This document shows positions 1 through 10,020 of a DNA stretch of 64,000 nt, one piece after another (the first letter of the stretch is position 1; each line of letters begins with the position of its first letter). This DNA is from Archangium sp. (GTDB taxonomy: Bacteria; Myxococcota; Myxococcia; Myxococcales; Myxococcaceae). The stretch is taken from NCBI GenBank assembly GCA_031367385.1, contig JANLPS010000358.1, positions 1-64,000 of the forward strand. Reading direction: 5' to 3'. The translations under genes and the position numbers were made by a program. Below the pieces are notes generated by a model, which searched no databases, was not told the DNA's origin, and saw only the letters and a program-made list of their open reading frames with translations.

Positions 1-252
1 GAGACCACCGGCCACGGGTGGGACGGCGGCATTTGCGCGGTACACGAGCGCGACGCAGTGGCATTGTGCACGCGGTGTGGCTCGTTCTTGTGCGACCTGT
101 GTGGGTCACTCGGCGACCCACCCGTCTGCGAGAGCTGCCTCGAGCAAGAAAAGGTGCCTGAGCGGCGGGCGAGCCAATGGCCGATCGTCGGGCTCGCGCT
201 TTTGGTGCTGCTTGGTGTCGCTGCGGCGTATCTGGCGAGCATGCGTCGATGA
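1..252 (+). CDS. B-box-like zinc-finger membrane protein, 5' end outside the window
   Basis: Frame is open from base 1: ETTGHGWDGGICAVHERDAVALCTRCGSFLCDLC...CESC, a C-x2-H-x7-C-x2-C-x4-C-x2-C pattern, followed by a C-terminal hydrophobic helix. Confidence 0.65.
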   Translation, partial: ETTGHGWDGGICAVHERDAVALCTRCGSFLCDLCGSLGDPPVCESCLEQEKVPERRASQWPIVGLALLVLLGVAAAYLASMRR

Positions 253-374
253 AGGCGCAGACACGGGGTTGATGGCTGACACGCGAAAGTGAGCGCCAAT
301 CACCGCGCGTGCCTTTTTCGGGGGCACACGCGGTTTCTGTTCTTATTGCCCTGGCTCTTCGAGAAACTCGCGCG

Positions 375-1964
375 ATGGACAAGAAATCTGCGCAGGACTT
401 ACTCGACGGCGGCGTGCCGTTGCGCGCGATTCAGGAGGCGAAGGGAGAACAACGCCTCGCCGCCTTCATCGAGGCCCTGCCCCTCGCCGTCTTCGTTGCC
501 GATGCCACCGGCAAGCCCTTCTATGCGAACAGCCTCGCGCAGCGGCTGCTTGGCAAAGACGCGGTGCCTGACGCCACCATCGAAACCCTCGCTCAAACCT
601 ACAATGCCTATGTCGCTTCGACCGACACGCCGTACCCAAGCGAGCAGATGCCGTTGGTGCGAGCGCTCAAGGGCACGATCAGCTGGGTTGACGACATGGA
701 GATCGAGACCGCCAATGGCCGCATCGCCCTTCGCGTCGATGGGGCACCTCTGCTCGAGGCCGATGGGAGCGTCGCGTTTGCCATCGCCGCTTTTCGCGAC
801 ATCACCGAAGAACGCAACCTGCGCGAACGGGTGTTGATCAGCGACCGCATGGCCTCGCTCGGTACCCTCGCCGCGGGCGTCGCCCACGAGATCAACAACC
901 CACTCGCCTACGTCACCGCGAACTTGACCTTCGCGATCACCGAGCTGAAGAAGTTGCCAAGCTTCAACGACTCCGAGGTGCTGGGCGCGCTGGTTGAGGC
1001 CAGCGAGGGTGCCGAGCGGGTTCGGGCCATCGTCAAAGACCTCAAGACGTTCTCGCGCCACGAGGACGAGTCGACCGGTGAGGTCGACGTCAAGAAGGTC
1101 ATCGAGGCCTGCATCAACATGTCGTGGAACGAGATTCGCCACCGCGCCAAGCTCGTGAAGCTCTTCGGCGACGTGCCGAACGTCGTGGGCAGCGAAGCTC
1201 GGCTTGGGCAGGTGATTTTGAATCTCCTGGTGAACGCCGCTCAATCAATCCCCGAGGGCAGGGCCGAGCGAAACCAGATTCGCGTGAGCGTCTTCACGTC
1301 TGGGGCCCACGTGATGGTCGAGATCGCCGACACCGGCGCCGGCATACGCCCCGAAGTGCTGCCTCGCATTTTCGACCCGTTCTTCACCACCAAGAAGATC
1401 GCGTCGGGCACGGGCCTGGGGCTTGCCATCTGCCACAGCATCGTCAAGAGCATTGGAGGTCAGCTGCAGGTCGAGACCGAGGTCGGCAAGGGCTCGGTGT
1501 TTCGGTTGGCCTTGAAGGTCGCCACCTCAATGCCCACACCGACGCCGACGCCATCGGTAGCGGAGCCGTCGTCGGTTTCGACCCACAGGCAGCGGGTGCT
1601 GGTTGTCGATGACGAGCCGCAGATTGGTCGAGCCGTCGAGCGAATGCTGCGAGATCACTATGACGTTGTCGTGGTGAGCAGCGCGAAAGAAGCGCTCCGG
1701 CGGGTGCGCTCGGGTGAAAGCTTCGCCTTGGTTCTCTCTGACCTGATGATGGCCGAAATGACGGGCATGGAGCTGTATGCGGCGCTCAAGGAGCACAGCC
1801 CTGCACACGCTCGCAAAATGGTGTTTCTGACCGGCGGGGCGTTCACCGAGGCGTCGCGACTGTTCTTGAAGAGCGTGGACAACCTGCAATTAGAGAAGCC
1901 GGTCGACGCGCACGCACTGAGGGCCGCGATTTTTCGCTCGATCGGCTCAGGCTCGGAACCGTGA
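375..1964 (+). CDS. Hybrid sensor histidine kinase (PAS - HisKA - HATPase - receiver)
   Basis: PAS-like segment (FVADATGKPFYAN...FRDITEER), H-box AAGVAHEINNPL, N-box QVILNLLVNAAQ, G-boxes DTGAGI, FDPFFTTK and GTGLGL, receiver VLVVDDEP...LSDLMM...KP. ATG at 375 preferred over 309. Confidence 0.93.
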   Translation: MDKKSAQDLLDGGVPLRAIQEAKGEQRLAAFIEALPLAVFVADATGKPFYANSLAQRLLGKDAVPDATIETLAQTYNAYVASTDTPYPSEQMPLVRALKGTISWVDDMEIETANGRIALRVDGAPLLEADGSVAFAIAAFRDITEERNLRERVLISDRMASLGTLAAGVAHEINNPLAYVTANLTFAITELKKLPSFNDSEVLGALVEASEGAERVRAIVKDLKTFSRHEDESTGEVDVKKVIEACINMSWNEIRHRAKLVKLFGDVPNVVGSEARLGQVILNLLVNAAQSIPEGRAERNQIRVSVFTSGAHVMVEIADTGAGIRPEVLPRIFDPFFTTKKIASGTGLGLAICHSIVKSIGGQLQVETEVGKGSVFRLALKVATSMPTPTPTPSVAEPSSVSTHRQRVLVVDDEPQIGRAVERMLRDHYDVVVVSSAKEALRRVRSGESFALVLSDLMMAEMTGMELYAALKEHSPAHARKMVFLTGGAFTEASRLFLKSVDNLQLEKPVDAHALRAAIFRSIGSGSEP

Positions 1965-4790
1965 ACGGCGCCGCAACGAGGCAGCGACGCCCAACGCCAG
2001 CACGCCCATCGTGAGACTGCCCGTGCTCTGACAGCTGCACCCCACCACCAGCTCGCGTCGCACCGCGACTCCGCCATCGGTGCTCCCGGCGTCGGCCGTC
2101 GCGGCGCCTGCGTCGCTCATCATCACACCCGCGTCGCTGGGCACGCCCGCATCCCTGACGACGCCCGCATCGCTGACGACGCCCGCATCAACGCAACTCG
2201 GCTCCGGAGTGCCGACCAGGCACACGCCCGACCCACTGCACATCTCGGCTCCGTCGCAGAACACGCCGTTGCTGCACGCCGTACCCATCGAAGCGAACGA
2301 ATCAACGGGGCATTTGCCAGACACACCGGTGCAGGTCTCGGCCTTGTCGCAGACACCGGCGGCCGCGCGGCACACGACCGTCGACGCGGCCGGGGTACAG
2401 GTACCGACGACGCCGACCTGATTGCAGCTCTGGCAGTCGGCCACACCGCCGCCACACTCGGCGTTACAGCACACGCCGTCGACGCACAGCCCGGTACCGC
2501 ACTGCGCACCGGTCGTGCAGTCTGAGCCGATCTTTCTGACGACCGAGAGTCTCTGGGTGTCGCTCTTCGGGCCGACGGGGCTCTGACCTCCGAACAAAAT
2601 GGTCGCGCCACGAGCCGAGTCGTACGCCATCGTATGAATGAGTCGGCTCCCCGGCGAAAAGGGCACGACCAGGTTCGTCCAGGCCGCTCCGTCCCACTTC
2701 CAGGTGTCGGCGAGCTGACTGACGTTATCGGCGCCCGCATACACGATGACCCCGCCCAGCGATGCGTCGTAGGCCGCGGCCGAGAAGTACCGCACGCCAG
2801 GGGGTGACGCGGGCGCCCGGTCGACCCAATTCGTGCCATTCCATTCGAAGGTCTCGTTGTCGAAGAGTGCGTCGATGCCGCCGCTGAAGAGCAAGACCCG
2901 GCTCCTGACGCGATCGTACGTGAGGGTCAGCCCCCAGTGCCGAACCGGCGGGGTGCTCGGCATCGGGTTGGCCCAATTACTGCCATCCCACTCCCACACG
3001 TCGTTGAGGTTGCCGGTGCCGTCGCCTCCGCCGAAGAGCACGGTCTTGCCCCTGGCCGCGTCGAAGGCCATGCCGTGAAGCTGGCGTGCGGTCGGGCTCG
3101 TCAGCGGCACGTGCGGCACCCAGGTGACGCCGTCGTATTCCCAGGTGTCGCCCAGCTTGGTGCCAGTGCGGTCTCTGCCTCCGAAGAGCACCGTCACCCC
3201 GCGAACCGAGTCATACGCCATCGCATGAGCGTCGCGCGCCGAGGGAGCGGTCGCGAGGACACGCAAGGTCCAGCGGGTGCCGTCCCACTCCCAGGTCTCG
3301 TTGCGGTCGGCCGAATTGCCCGCGCCGCCGAAGAGCACCAATTTCTTTCGAGTCGAGTCTTCGACCAGCGCGGTGAAGACCATCGGGGGCGGGGCGGGCG
3401 CGCCGACCGAGGCCCAGGTCGTGCCGGAGCGCTCCCAGGTTTCGCTCACCGAGCCCTGGCCCGAATAACCGGCAAAGAGCACCAACCGGTCTCGAGCCGA
3501 GTCATAGGTCATTGCCGCATAGCCACGGGCGTCGGGGGCGGTGGCCGGAGTGAGCAGCGCCCAGGTGGTGCCAGCCCACTCGTAGGAGTCACCCAGCAGC
3601 GATGCCCCGTCGAACCCGGCGGCGACCACGATGCGTTGCGCGGCCGCGTCGTAGGCCATCACGTGGCCCCGACGAGCACTTGGCTGATTCGGGGGGAAGC
3701 GCTGGGCCCACGTCGTGCCGTCGAAGGCCCAGGTGTCGGGCAGATTGGTCGAGCCGGTCACGCCGCTGAACAGGAGCAACGTGTTGCGAGAAACGTCGTA
3801 GGCCATCGCGTGGCTGATGCGCGCGGGGGGCGAAAAGGTCGGTGTCGCCGCTTTCCAGCTGGTGCCGTCGAACTCCCAGGTGTCTGCCAACTCGGTCATG
3901 CCATTCGAGCCGCCAAAGAGCACCAGGCGGCTGCGTGCCACGTCGAAGGCCATCGCGTGCGACCCTCGGCTTGGCGGCGAGCTTGCTGGCGTCAGCTCGA
4001 GCCAATCGTCGCCGTCCCACTCCCAGGTGTCACCCAGGGGAGCGGAGGCGACCGCGGTGGCCCCCCCAAACATCACGACGTGCTTTCGATTCACGTCGAA
4101 CACCATCGCGAAGTTGTTGCGCGGCGGAGGCCGGTGCATCGGAAAACGTTGCTTCCAGCTGGCGCCGTCCCACTCCCAGGTGTCGTCAGTCACCTCTTGC
4201 GCTCCCGGAGACCCGCCGAAGAGCACGGTCTTTTGCAAGAGGGGGTCGTAGGCAATGGCGTGCGTCGAGCGGCCACCCCAGGCCGCCTGCTGCCACTGCA
4301 GCTCGGTCACCACTGGGTCGATCAGCACCGGAAACGTGGCGTGCTCGGTGCGAAACGCGAGCTCGACCCGTGCGCCTTCGCGCCGCATCTCCACCGGCAC
4401 AGACGCCCCCGTCGCGTCACGAGCGCGCGGCGCTTCGACCGACGCGTGCTCGGCCATGAAGGCGAGCCGGGTCGGCGCGGCGGCCGTTCGCAGCAGATAG
4501 AAAACCTCGACGCTGCCGGGCGCGCGGGCAAGCACCACGTCGGTCGAAGGGTACGCTTCTGCCAACACCTCGAGCCCATCGACCTGCTCACGCCGCGACG
4601 CATCGGCACCGATGAAGCGGAGCGGTGGGGCTGCCGAGTCGGGCGACCCGCCGCCGGCCAGGCGCGCCGACCACCCGCGCTCACCCGAAATCGCAGCCAC
4701 GCGACGTGCGGCGTGCACCGCCGACTCACGCGCCTGACAGGCCGCACAGAGCACGATCATGGCGACGCTTGACGCACTTCGAAGACCCAT
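1947..4790 (-). CDS. Kelch-repeat surface protein with Cys-rich/disintegrin-like module, DAG linker and MYXO-CTERM
   Basis: About 12 repeats of AMAYD...LFGG...DTWEWDG, CRAAAGVCDKAETCTG (disintegrin-like), a DAG-repeat linker, and C-terminal GCSC + hydrophobic helix + RRR. N-terminal lipobox-like LCAAC. Confidence 0.88.
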   Translation of the reverse strand: MGLRSASSVAMIVLCAACQARESAVHAARRVAAISGERGWSARLAGGGSPDSAAPPLRFIGADASRREQVDGLEVLAEAYPSTDVVLARAPGSVEVFYLLRTAAAPTRLAFMAEHASVEAPRARDATGASVPVEMRREGARVELAFRTEHATFPVLIDPVVTELQWQQAAWGGRSTHAIAYDPLLQKTVLFGGSPGAQEVTDDTWEWDGASWKQRFPMHRPPPRNNFAMVFDVNRKHVVMFGGATAVASAPLGDTWEWDGDDWLELTPASSPPSRGSHAMAFDVARSRLVLFGGSNGMTELADTWEFDGTSWKAATPTFSPPARISHAMAYDVSRNTLLLFSGVTGSTNLPDTWAFDGTTWAQRFPPNQPSARRGHVMAYDAAAQRIVVAAGFDGASLLGDSYEWAGTTWALLTPATAPDARGYAAMTYDSARDRLVLFAGYSGQGSVSETWERSGTTWASVGAPAPPPMVFTALVEDSTRKKLVLFGGAGNSADRNETWEWDGTRWTLRVLATAPSARDAHAMAYDSVRGVTVLFGGRDRTGTKLGDTWEYDGVTWVPHVPLTSPTARQLHGMAFDAARGKTVLFGGGDGTGNLNDVWEWDGSNWANPMPSTPPVRHWGLTLTYDRVRSRVLLFSGGIDALFDNETFEWNGTNWVDRAPASPPGVRYFSAAAYDASLGGVIVYAGADNVSQLADTWKWDGAAWTNLVVPFSPGSRLIHTMAYDSARGATILFGGQSPVGPKSDTQRLSVVRKIGSDCTTGAQCGTGLCVDGVCCNAECGGGVADCQSCNQVGVVGTCTPAASTVVCRAAAGVCDKAETCTGVSGKCPVDSFASMGTACSNGVFCDGAEMCSGSGVCLVGTPEPSCVDAGVVSDAGVVRDAGVPSDAGVMMSDAGAATADAGSTDGGVAVRRELVVGCSCQSTGSLTMGVLALGVAASLRRRSRFRA
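2071..2192 (-). repeat. Imperfect 18-21 bp coding repeats encoding (x-DAG-V) linker units
   Basis: Translation VDAGVVSDAGVVRDAGVPSDAGVMMSDAGAATADAGSTDGG. Confidence 0.8.
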
Positions 4791-4879
4791 TGCCGAGGCG
4801 GGAGGCTACTTCGCTTTGTGCGGCCGCGCTGCATTGTGGCCCCCCGCCCAACAGCCGTGTCGGCTAAGAGCGCACCCTC

Positions 4880-5998
4880 ATGAAACCCGTCTCATTGGTG
4901 CTGCTCGCGGTGTGCGGTTGCGCAGGGGTTCAACCAGCGCGGGCCTTCGTGACCCCGGCGCAGATGCAGTCGCTGGGCCTCTCAGAGCACATCAACCCGT
5001 GGGAAGACGGGCTTCGCACCGACGGCAGCCCCGGCACCTACGAGTGGTGGTACTTCGACGCCCACTTGAGCGACGGCTCGACCCTGGTCATCGTCTTCTA
5101 CACCAAGCCCATCACCGAGAATGACGGCCCCCTGGCGCCCGCGGTTCAAGTCGACCTGACGCGCCCCGACGGCACCAAGACCTCCGCGAGCCTGGCCTTC
5201 GAACCCGGCCAATTTTCGAGCTCGACGCAGCAATGCGACGTTCGCATCGGCCCCAACTCGTTCGTGGGCGATCTGCACCAGTACCACCTGGTGGTGAAGC
5301 TCCCGCAGATCTCGGCTGACCTGACCTTGACCGGCGAAGTGCCGTCGTGGAGACCCAAGGCCGGCCACATCGCCTTCGGGGCCCATGACGAGAAGTACTT
5401 CGCCTGGCTGCCGTCGGTGCCGCAGGGCCGGGTCGAAGGCACCCTCACCCATGACGGCCACACCGAAGCGGTGACCGGCAGCGGGTACCACGACCACAAC
5501 TGGGGCAACGCGTCGATTCTCGAGCTGATGCACGACTGGTATTGGGGCCGGGCGCGGCTCAACGACTACTCGGTCATCGCCAGCTTCATCACCGCCGAGG
5601 CGGCCTACGGGCACACCACCTTTCCCATCTTCATGCTGGCCAAGGGCGAGCGGGTCATCGCCGATGACGCGTCGAAGGTGCGCTTCACCGCCACAGACGT
5701 GCACGTCGATGGGCTGACCGGCAAGCCAGTGGCCTCGAAGCTGGTCTACGACTACCTCGACGCGCCCACCCACTACCGGGTGACCTTCACCCGTCACCAA
5801 GACATCGTGCGCAGCCAGCTCATCGAGTCGCTGCACGGGCTCAAGCGGGTGGCCGCGGGGTTGATCGGCTTCGACGCGGCCTACCTGCGCTTCACTGGCG
5901 AAGTGAAGCTCGAGGTGCTCGACGGCGAGACGGTGCTGCAGTCTGAACACAACGGCGAAGCGGTGTGGGAGCTGATGTACCTGGGCCACCCGCGGTAA
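4880..5998 (+). CDS. Lipoprotein of the CrtC/AttH-like lipocalin-fold family (hydroxyneurosporene synthase-like)
   Basis: Signal peptide with Cys (VCGC), and motifs YEWWYFDA, GSGYHDHNWG and WYWGR typical of this double beta-barrel family. Confidence 0.75.
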   Translation: MKPVSLVLLAVCGCAGVQPARAFVTPAQMQSLGLSEHINPWEDGLRTDGSPGTYEWWYFDAHLSDGSTLVIVFYTKPITENDGPLAPAVQVDLTRPDGTKTSASLAFEPGQFSSSTQQCDVRIGPNSFVGDLHQYHLVVKLPQISADLTLTGEVPSWRPKAGHIAFGAHDEKYFAWLPSVPQGRVEGTLTHDGHTEAVTGSGYHDHNWGNASILELMHDWYWGRARLNDYSVIASFITAEAAYGHTTFPIFMLAKGERVIADDASKVRFTATDVHVDGLTGKPVASKLVYDYLDAPTHYRVTFTRHQDIVRSQLIESLHGLKRVAAGLIGFDAAYLRFTGEVKLEVLDGETVLQSEHNGEAVWELMYLGHPR

Positions 5999-6087
5999 AA
6001 TTCTGAGGTCGGCGGGGGCCATGCCGCAGGCCGCCATGACCCTCATCTTCGCTGCGAGAGAACCCAGTATCTCCATGGAGTTCGAGT

Positions 6088-6699
6088 ATGGTTCGCGCCA
6101 TGCGCCTCCAAACTGCAACCGCGGTTGTTCTGGGTCTGTGCTCGTCGTGGGTCTCGGCTGCCGAGCTCGGCGAAACGCTCAAGCCCGTCGACTTGAGCAG
6201 CTACGACGAGTCGACCATGCAAATTCCTGATTTCGGCAAGAAGGTCATCGCCCTCTTCTATTCAGACGCCGACGTCTCAGACGTCAACGACCCGCTGGCC
6301 GACGCGCTGAAGGCCAAAGAGTTCGACAAGCAGTACTACCGGGGCATGGGCGTAGCGAACCTCCAAGACTCGAAGGCGCCGAACTTCATCATTCGCGGCG
6401 TGGTCAAGGGCAAGGTCGAGAAGTACAAGACCACCATCTTGCTCGACCCGAACCTGGCCCTCGCCAAGGCGTGGAACTTGGGCGACTGCAACAACCAGTC
6501 GGTGATCGTGGTGATCGGCCCCGACATGAAGGTCAAGTACTTCAAGAAGGGCCCGGTTCGCGGCCCTGAAATCGACAGCACCGTGAAGCTCGTCGAGTCG
6601 ATGATCGCCGAGCTTCGCACCGGGGGCAGCGCGGCCAAGCCGGCCGATGCACCAAGCGCTCCCGCGGCCAGCCCCGCAGTCGTCGCGCCAACACCGTAA
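6088..6699 (+). CDS. YtfJ-family exported thioredoxin-like protein
   Basis: Signal peptide. ND-LADALKA...ILLDPN...AWNL...SVIVVIG-D-KVKYFKKG pattern resembles E. coli YtfJ. Confidence 0.7.
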   Translation: MVRAMRLQTATAVVLGLCSSWVSAAELGETLKPVDLSSYDESTMQIPDFGKKVIALFYSDADVSDVNDPLADALKAKEFDKQYYRGMGVANLQDSKAPNFIIRGVVKGKVEKYKTTILLDPNLALAKAWNLGDCNNQSVIVVIGPDMKVKYFKKGPVRGPEIDSTVKLVESMIAELRTGGSAAKPADAPSAPAASPAVVAPTP

Positions 6700-6759
6700 G
6701 AAGCGCTGTCTCTCGATACAGCAGTTCTCAATTGGCAGAAGTAGAAGGGGGGAGCTCCA

Positions 6760-7344
6760 GTGCGTGACAAGCAGCGTGAAGAGACGCGTCGTAAATTGTA
6801 CGTCGCAGCCCTCGAGATTTTCAGACGCGACGGTTTCAACGGCTGTCGCATCGATGACATCGCCCAAAAGGCCGAGGTCAGCCGAGCGGCGTTCTACTTT
6901 CACTTTCCAACCAAAGACGACGTGTTGCTCGAGCTGGTGCGCGAGGCCGAGGCTCCGGTCGCGCAAGCCCTGAACGAGCTGGGGCCCGACGCCGGGCTTG
7001 ACCGGGCGCTCGAGGTCATCGTCGAGACCACGGCCAAGTTCTGGGAGAACGAGCCCAAGCTCATCGTCGATGCGCTGACCACCTCGCTCAAGCACCACGC
7101 GGCGGTGATGGCCGACCGCGAGGCCGAACCGGTGCGCCTGGTGGCCACCGCCCACTTCAAGCGCGCCGCCGAGAAGGGTGAGCTGTCGACTTTCATCGCG
7201 CCCGAGGTGCTGGCCGACTTCTTTCTGGTCAACTGCTTCGCCGCGATGCTCGCCTGGAGCGCCAACACCGTCACCATGCCGCTCGATGTGATGCTCAAGG
7301 GCGTCATTCACCTGTTTTTGTCGGGTGCGCGCAGCACGAAGTGA
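6760..7344 (+). CDS. TetR/AcrR-family transcriptional regulator
   Basis: N-terminal HTH IDDIAQKAEVSRAAFYFHFPTKDDVL. GGGGGAG RBS lies upstream of the GTG start. Confidence 0.93.
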   Translation: MRDKQREETRRKLYVAALEIFRRDGFNGCRIDDIAQKAEVSRAAFYFHFPTKDDVLLELVREAEAPVAQALNELGPDAGLDRALEVIVETTAKFWENEPKLIVDALTTSLKHHAAVMADREAEPVRLVATAHFKRAAEKGELSTFIAPEVLADFFLVNCFAAMLAWSANTVTMPLDVMLKGVIHLFLSGARSTK

Positions 7345-7385
7345 TGTGAATCAGGTGAGCTGACGTTATAGGGAGGAGACTCCCT

Positions 7386-10013
7386 ATGAGCGACAAGTCT
7401 GCCTTCTTGACCCGGGCCACGACGGCCTACGCGAAGTTCATCGTTCGCCGCCCCGCCCCGGTCTTCGTGTTCTTGCTGTTGCTCGGCGTGGTCGCGACGT
7501 ACCTGACCAGCACCTTGACCATCGAGTCTGATCAGCTCTCGTTGATCAGCCAAGACCTGCCCGAGGTCGTCGAGGTCAAGAAGGTCATCGACATGGTCGG
7601 TGGCGCTGGCTACCTGATGCTCGCGCTGCGCAGCGACGACGTGCCGGCGCTGAAGAAAGCCGCCGACGCGCTCAACGACACGCTGCTGGCCGCCAAGCAG
7701 CCCGACGGTACGCCGTACGTGCGCTTCATCACTTACAAGGTGCCGGTCGAGTTCATTCAAGAGAACATGGTCTTGTTCATCAAGACCGAAGACCTGATCG
7801 AGGGCAAACGCCGCCTCACCCCGTACATCAAAGATCAGATTCGTCGGCAGAACCCGTTCTTCGTCGAGATTCGCAAGACCGAGCCGCTCAAGCTCGACTT
7901 GGAAGACTTGATTCAGAAGTACGCGGCGGTGGGCAAGAAGAGCATTCGCGACGACTACTACGTCAGCGACGACAAGAAGATGATGATGATGCTGATCAAA
8001 CCGATGTGGAACTCGACCGAGCTCCCGCGGACCAAGGCCTTCGTCGACGCGATGACCGGTGGCGCCCCCGAAGGCACCGCGGTCACCAAGGGCCTGCTGT
8101 ACGACGCGATCAAAGACACCGGGCTCACCCTGGTCGAAGACTACTCGCGCATGGGCGACGCCAAGACCTTGGCCTTCGGCTTCACCGGCTCGTACAAGAC
8201 CAGCGTCGACGACTCGTACGCGATGCGCGCCTCGCTCGATGACGTCTTCAAGTGGGCGTTCATCTTCATCGTGATCATCACCGTGCTGTTCTTTCGAAAG
8301 TGGGCTCCCACCGTCATCGTGATCAGCGGCATGGCGCTGGGCACCGTGCTCACCATGGGCTTCGCCAAGCTGACGCTGGGCGAGCTCAACATGATCACCA
8401 GCATCATCGGCGCGATCTTGATGGGCTTCGGCATCGACTACGGCATTCACTTCATCTACCGCACCCGCATCGAGCTGGGCTCGGGCAAGCCGTACGACGT
8501 GGCGATCATCGACGCGCTGGTCAATGCCGGCCGCCCCGCGTTGATCGCCGCCATCGTCACCGCGGGCAGCTTCTTCGTCTTGCTGGTCTCGCAGTTTCGC
8601 GGCTTCTCGCAGTTCGGGTTCTTGGCCGGGTTCGGCACGTTGATCATCGGCTTCACCCTCTTCGCCTGGAGCCCCGCGATTCTCGCCATGCTCGGCAAGA
8701 TGAACCCCGACTGGCCGCGCAAGCTCATCGGCGAGATGAAGCCGCCCTCGGCCGAGCTGCAATCGGGAGCGACGCGCATCAAGAACCCCAAGCTGATGCT
8801 GGGGCTCGCGGTGGCAGTGGTCGGCTCGGTGTGCGCCTTCGCGGTGCCGTGGGTGAACGAGCCGCTGCCCAAAGACCGGCCTCCGACGATGGTCGAGCGC
8901 TTTCGAGGCGGTGTGCGCTTCAACTACAACACCCGCGCCCTGGTCGCGAACGAGTCGCCCAGCATTCGGCTGCAAGACGAGATCAACCGGCGGTTTCAGA
9001 TTTCGTCAGACCCGGTGGCGGTGCCGACCAAGACCATCGAAGAAGCCAAAGACATCTGGGACGCGATGGAGCGGAACCCCGATTCGGAGTTCAACGTGGT
9101 GAGTGAGAAGTACCCCACCGTCGATCAAGTGGTCAGCATCTTCACCTTCGTGCCGCCTGCGAAGACCGCCGAGGCGAACGCAAAGGTGCTCGCCGAGTGG
9201 CACGAAGAGCTCAAAGACATCGACATCGGCTCGCTGCCGCTCGAGATGCAAGACAAGGCCGGGTTCTTCAAGCGGGTGCTCGAGAAGAAGCCGTTCGACG
9301 TCACTGGCGTGCCCCCAGTGTACGCCGAGCTCTTCAAGTCGCTGCCGACGACCAAGCCCGAGAACCAGGGTTACCTGACCTTCATCTACCCGAAGGTCGA
9401 CCTGTGGGACGGCAAGAACCTGCTCAAGTTCGCCGACTCGGTGACGCTGGTGAAGGGCGTGAGCGGCAAAGAATACCGCGGGGCGGGGCTGGCCATTTTG
9501 TACGCCAAGCTCGCGCGAATCGTGCTCTTCGACGGGCAGCTGACCGTGGTGCTCGCCGCGCTGTGGATTCTGATGATGCACTACCTCGACTTTCGTTCGG
9601 TGAAATTGGCGGCGGCCTCGGTGATACCGCTCGGCGTCGGTCTGTGGATGATGCTGGGCCTGCTGAGCATCACCAACCACCCGCTCAACTTCATGAACCT
9701 GGTGATCTTGCCGATTCTCCTAGGCTTCGGCGTGAGCCACGGCTTGTACCTGCTGCACCGCTTTCTCGAAGGCGTCTCGCCGATGGTGGCGCTGCGCTCG
9801 GTGGGTGCCGCGGTGGCGTCATCGACCCTCACCGCCATCGCCGGGTTCGCCTCGCTCTTCTTCGCGCAGCACAACGGCTTGCAGTCGATTGGCTACGTGG
9901 CGTGCATCGGCCTCTCGACCACGCTGGTGGTCAGCTTCACCGTGCTCGCGGCGGTGCTGCAGCTGATCTACGACAAGCAGGGCAAGCAGACGCTCGAAGA
10001 AAAGACGGCCTGA
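7386..10013 (+). CDS. MMPL/RND-family lipid transporter
   Basis: Two repeats of TM + large periplasmic loop + 5 TM, with GFGIDYGIHF and LGFGVSHGLYLLHRF motifs. GGAGG RBS. Confidence 0.9.
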   Translation: MSDKSAFLTRATTAYAKFIVRRPAPVFVFLLLLGVVATYLTSTLTIESDQLSLISQDLPEVVEVKKVIDMVGGAGYLMLALRSDDVPALKKAADALNDTLLAAKQPDGTPYVRFITYKVPVEFIQENMVLFIKTEDLIEGKRRLTPYIKDQIRRQNPFFVEIRKTEPLKLDLEDLIQKYAAVGKKSIRDDYYVSDDKKMMMMLIKPMWNSTELPRTKAFVDAMTGGAPEGTAVTKGLLYDAIKDTGLTLVEDYSRMGDAKTLAFGFTGSYKTSVDDSYAMRASLDDVFKWAFIFIVIITVLFFRKWAPTVIVISGMALGTVLTMGFAKLTLGELNMITSIIGAILMGFGIDYGIHFIYRTRIELGSGKPYDVAIIDALVNAGRPALIAAIVTAGSFFVLLVSQFRGFSQFGFLAGFGTLIIGFTLFAWSPAILAMLGKMNPDWPRKLIGEMKPPSAELQSGATRIKNPKLMLGLAVAVVGSVCAFAVPWVNEPLPKDRPPTMVERFRGGVRFNYNTRALVANESPSIRLQDEINRRFQISSDPVAVPTKTIEEAKDIWDAMERNPDSEFNVVSEKYPTVDQVVSIFTFVPPAKTAEANAKVLAEWHEELKDIDIGSLPLEMQDKAGFFKRVLEKKPFDVTGVPPVYAELFKSLPTTKPENQGYLTFIYPKVDLWDGKNLLKFADSVTLVKGVSGKEYRGAGLAILYAKLARIVLFDGQLTVVLAALWILMMHYLDFRSVKLAAASVIPLGVGLWMMLGLLSITNHPLNFMNLVILPILLGFGVSHGLYLLHRFLEGVSPMVALRSVGAAVASSTLTAIAGFASLFFAQHNGLQSIGYVACIGLSTTLVVSFTVLAAVLQLIYDKQGKQTLEEKTA

Positions 10014-10020
10014 GCGGCCA

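Noticed and set aside
2937..4772. 611-aa plus-strand ORF, and similar long antisense ORFs (7308-8975, 20770-22032, 36822-38237, 46980-48986, 54999-56462, 59401-60825)
   Set aside because: These are shadow frames opposite well-supported genes. They are expected in high-GC DNA with strong codon bias and contain no recognisable motifs.
4880..5998. Carotenoid biosynthesis cluster based on the CrtC-like gene
   Set aside because: No other crt genes are in the window, the protein is a predicted lipoprotein, and the fold family is functionally broad.
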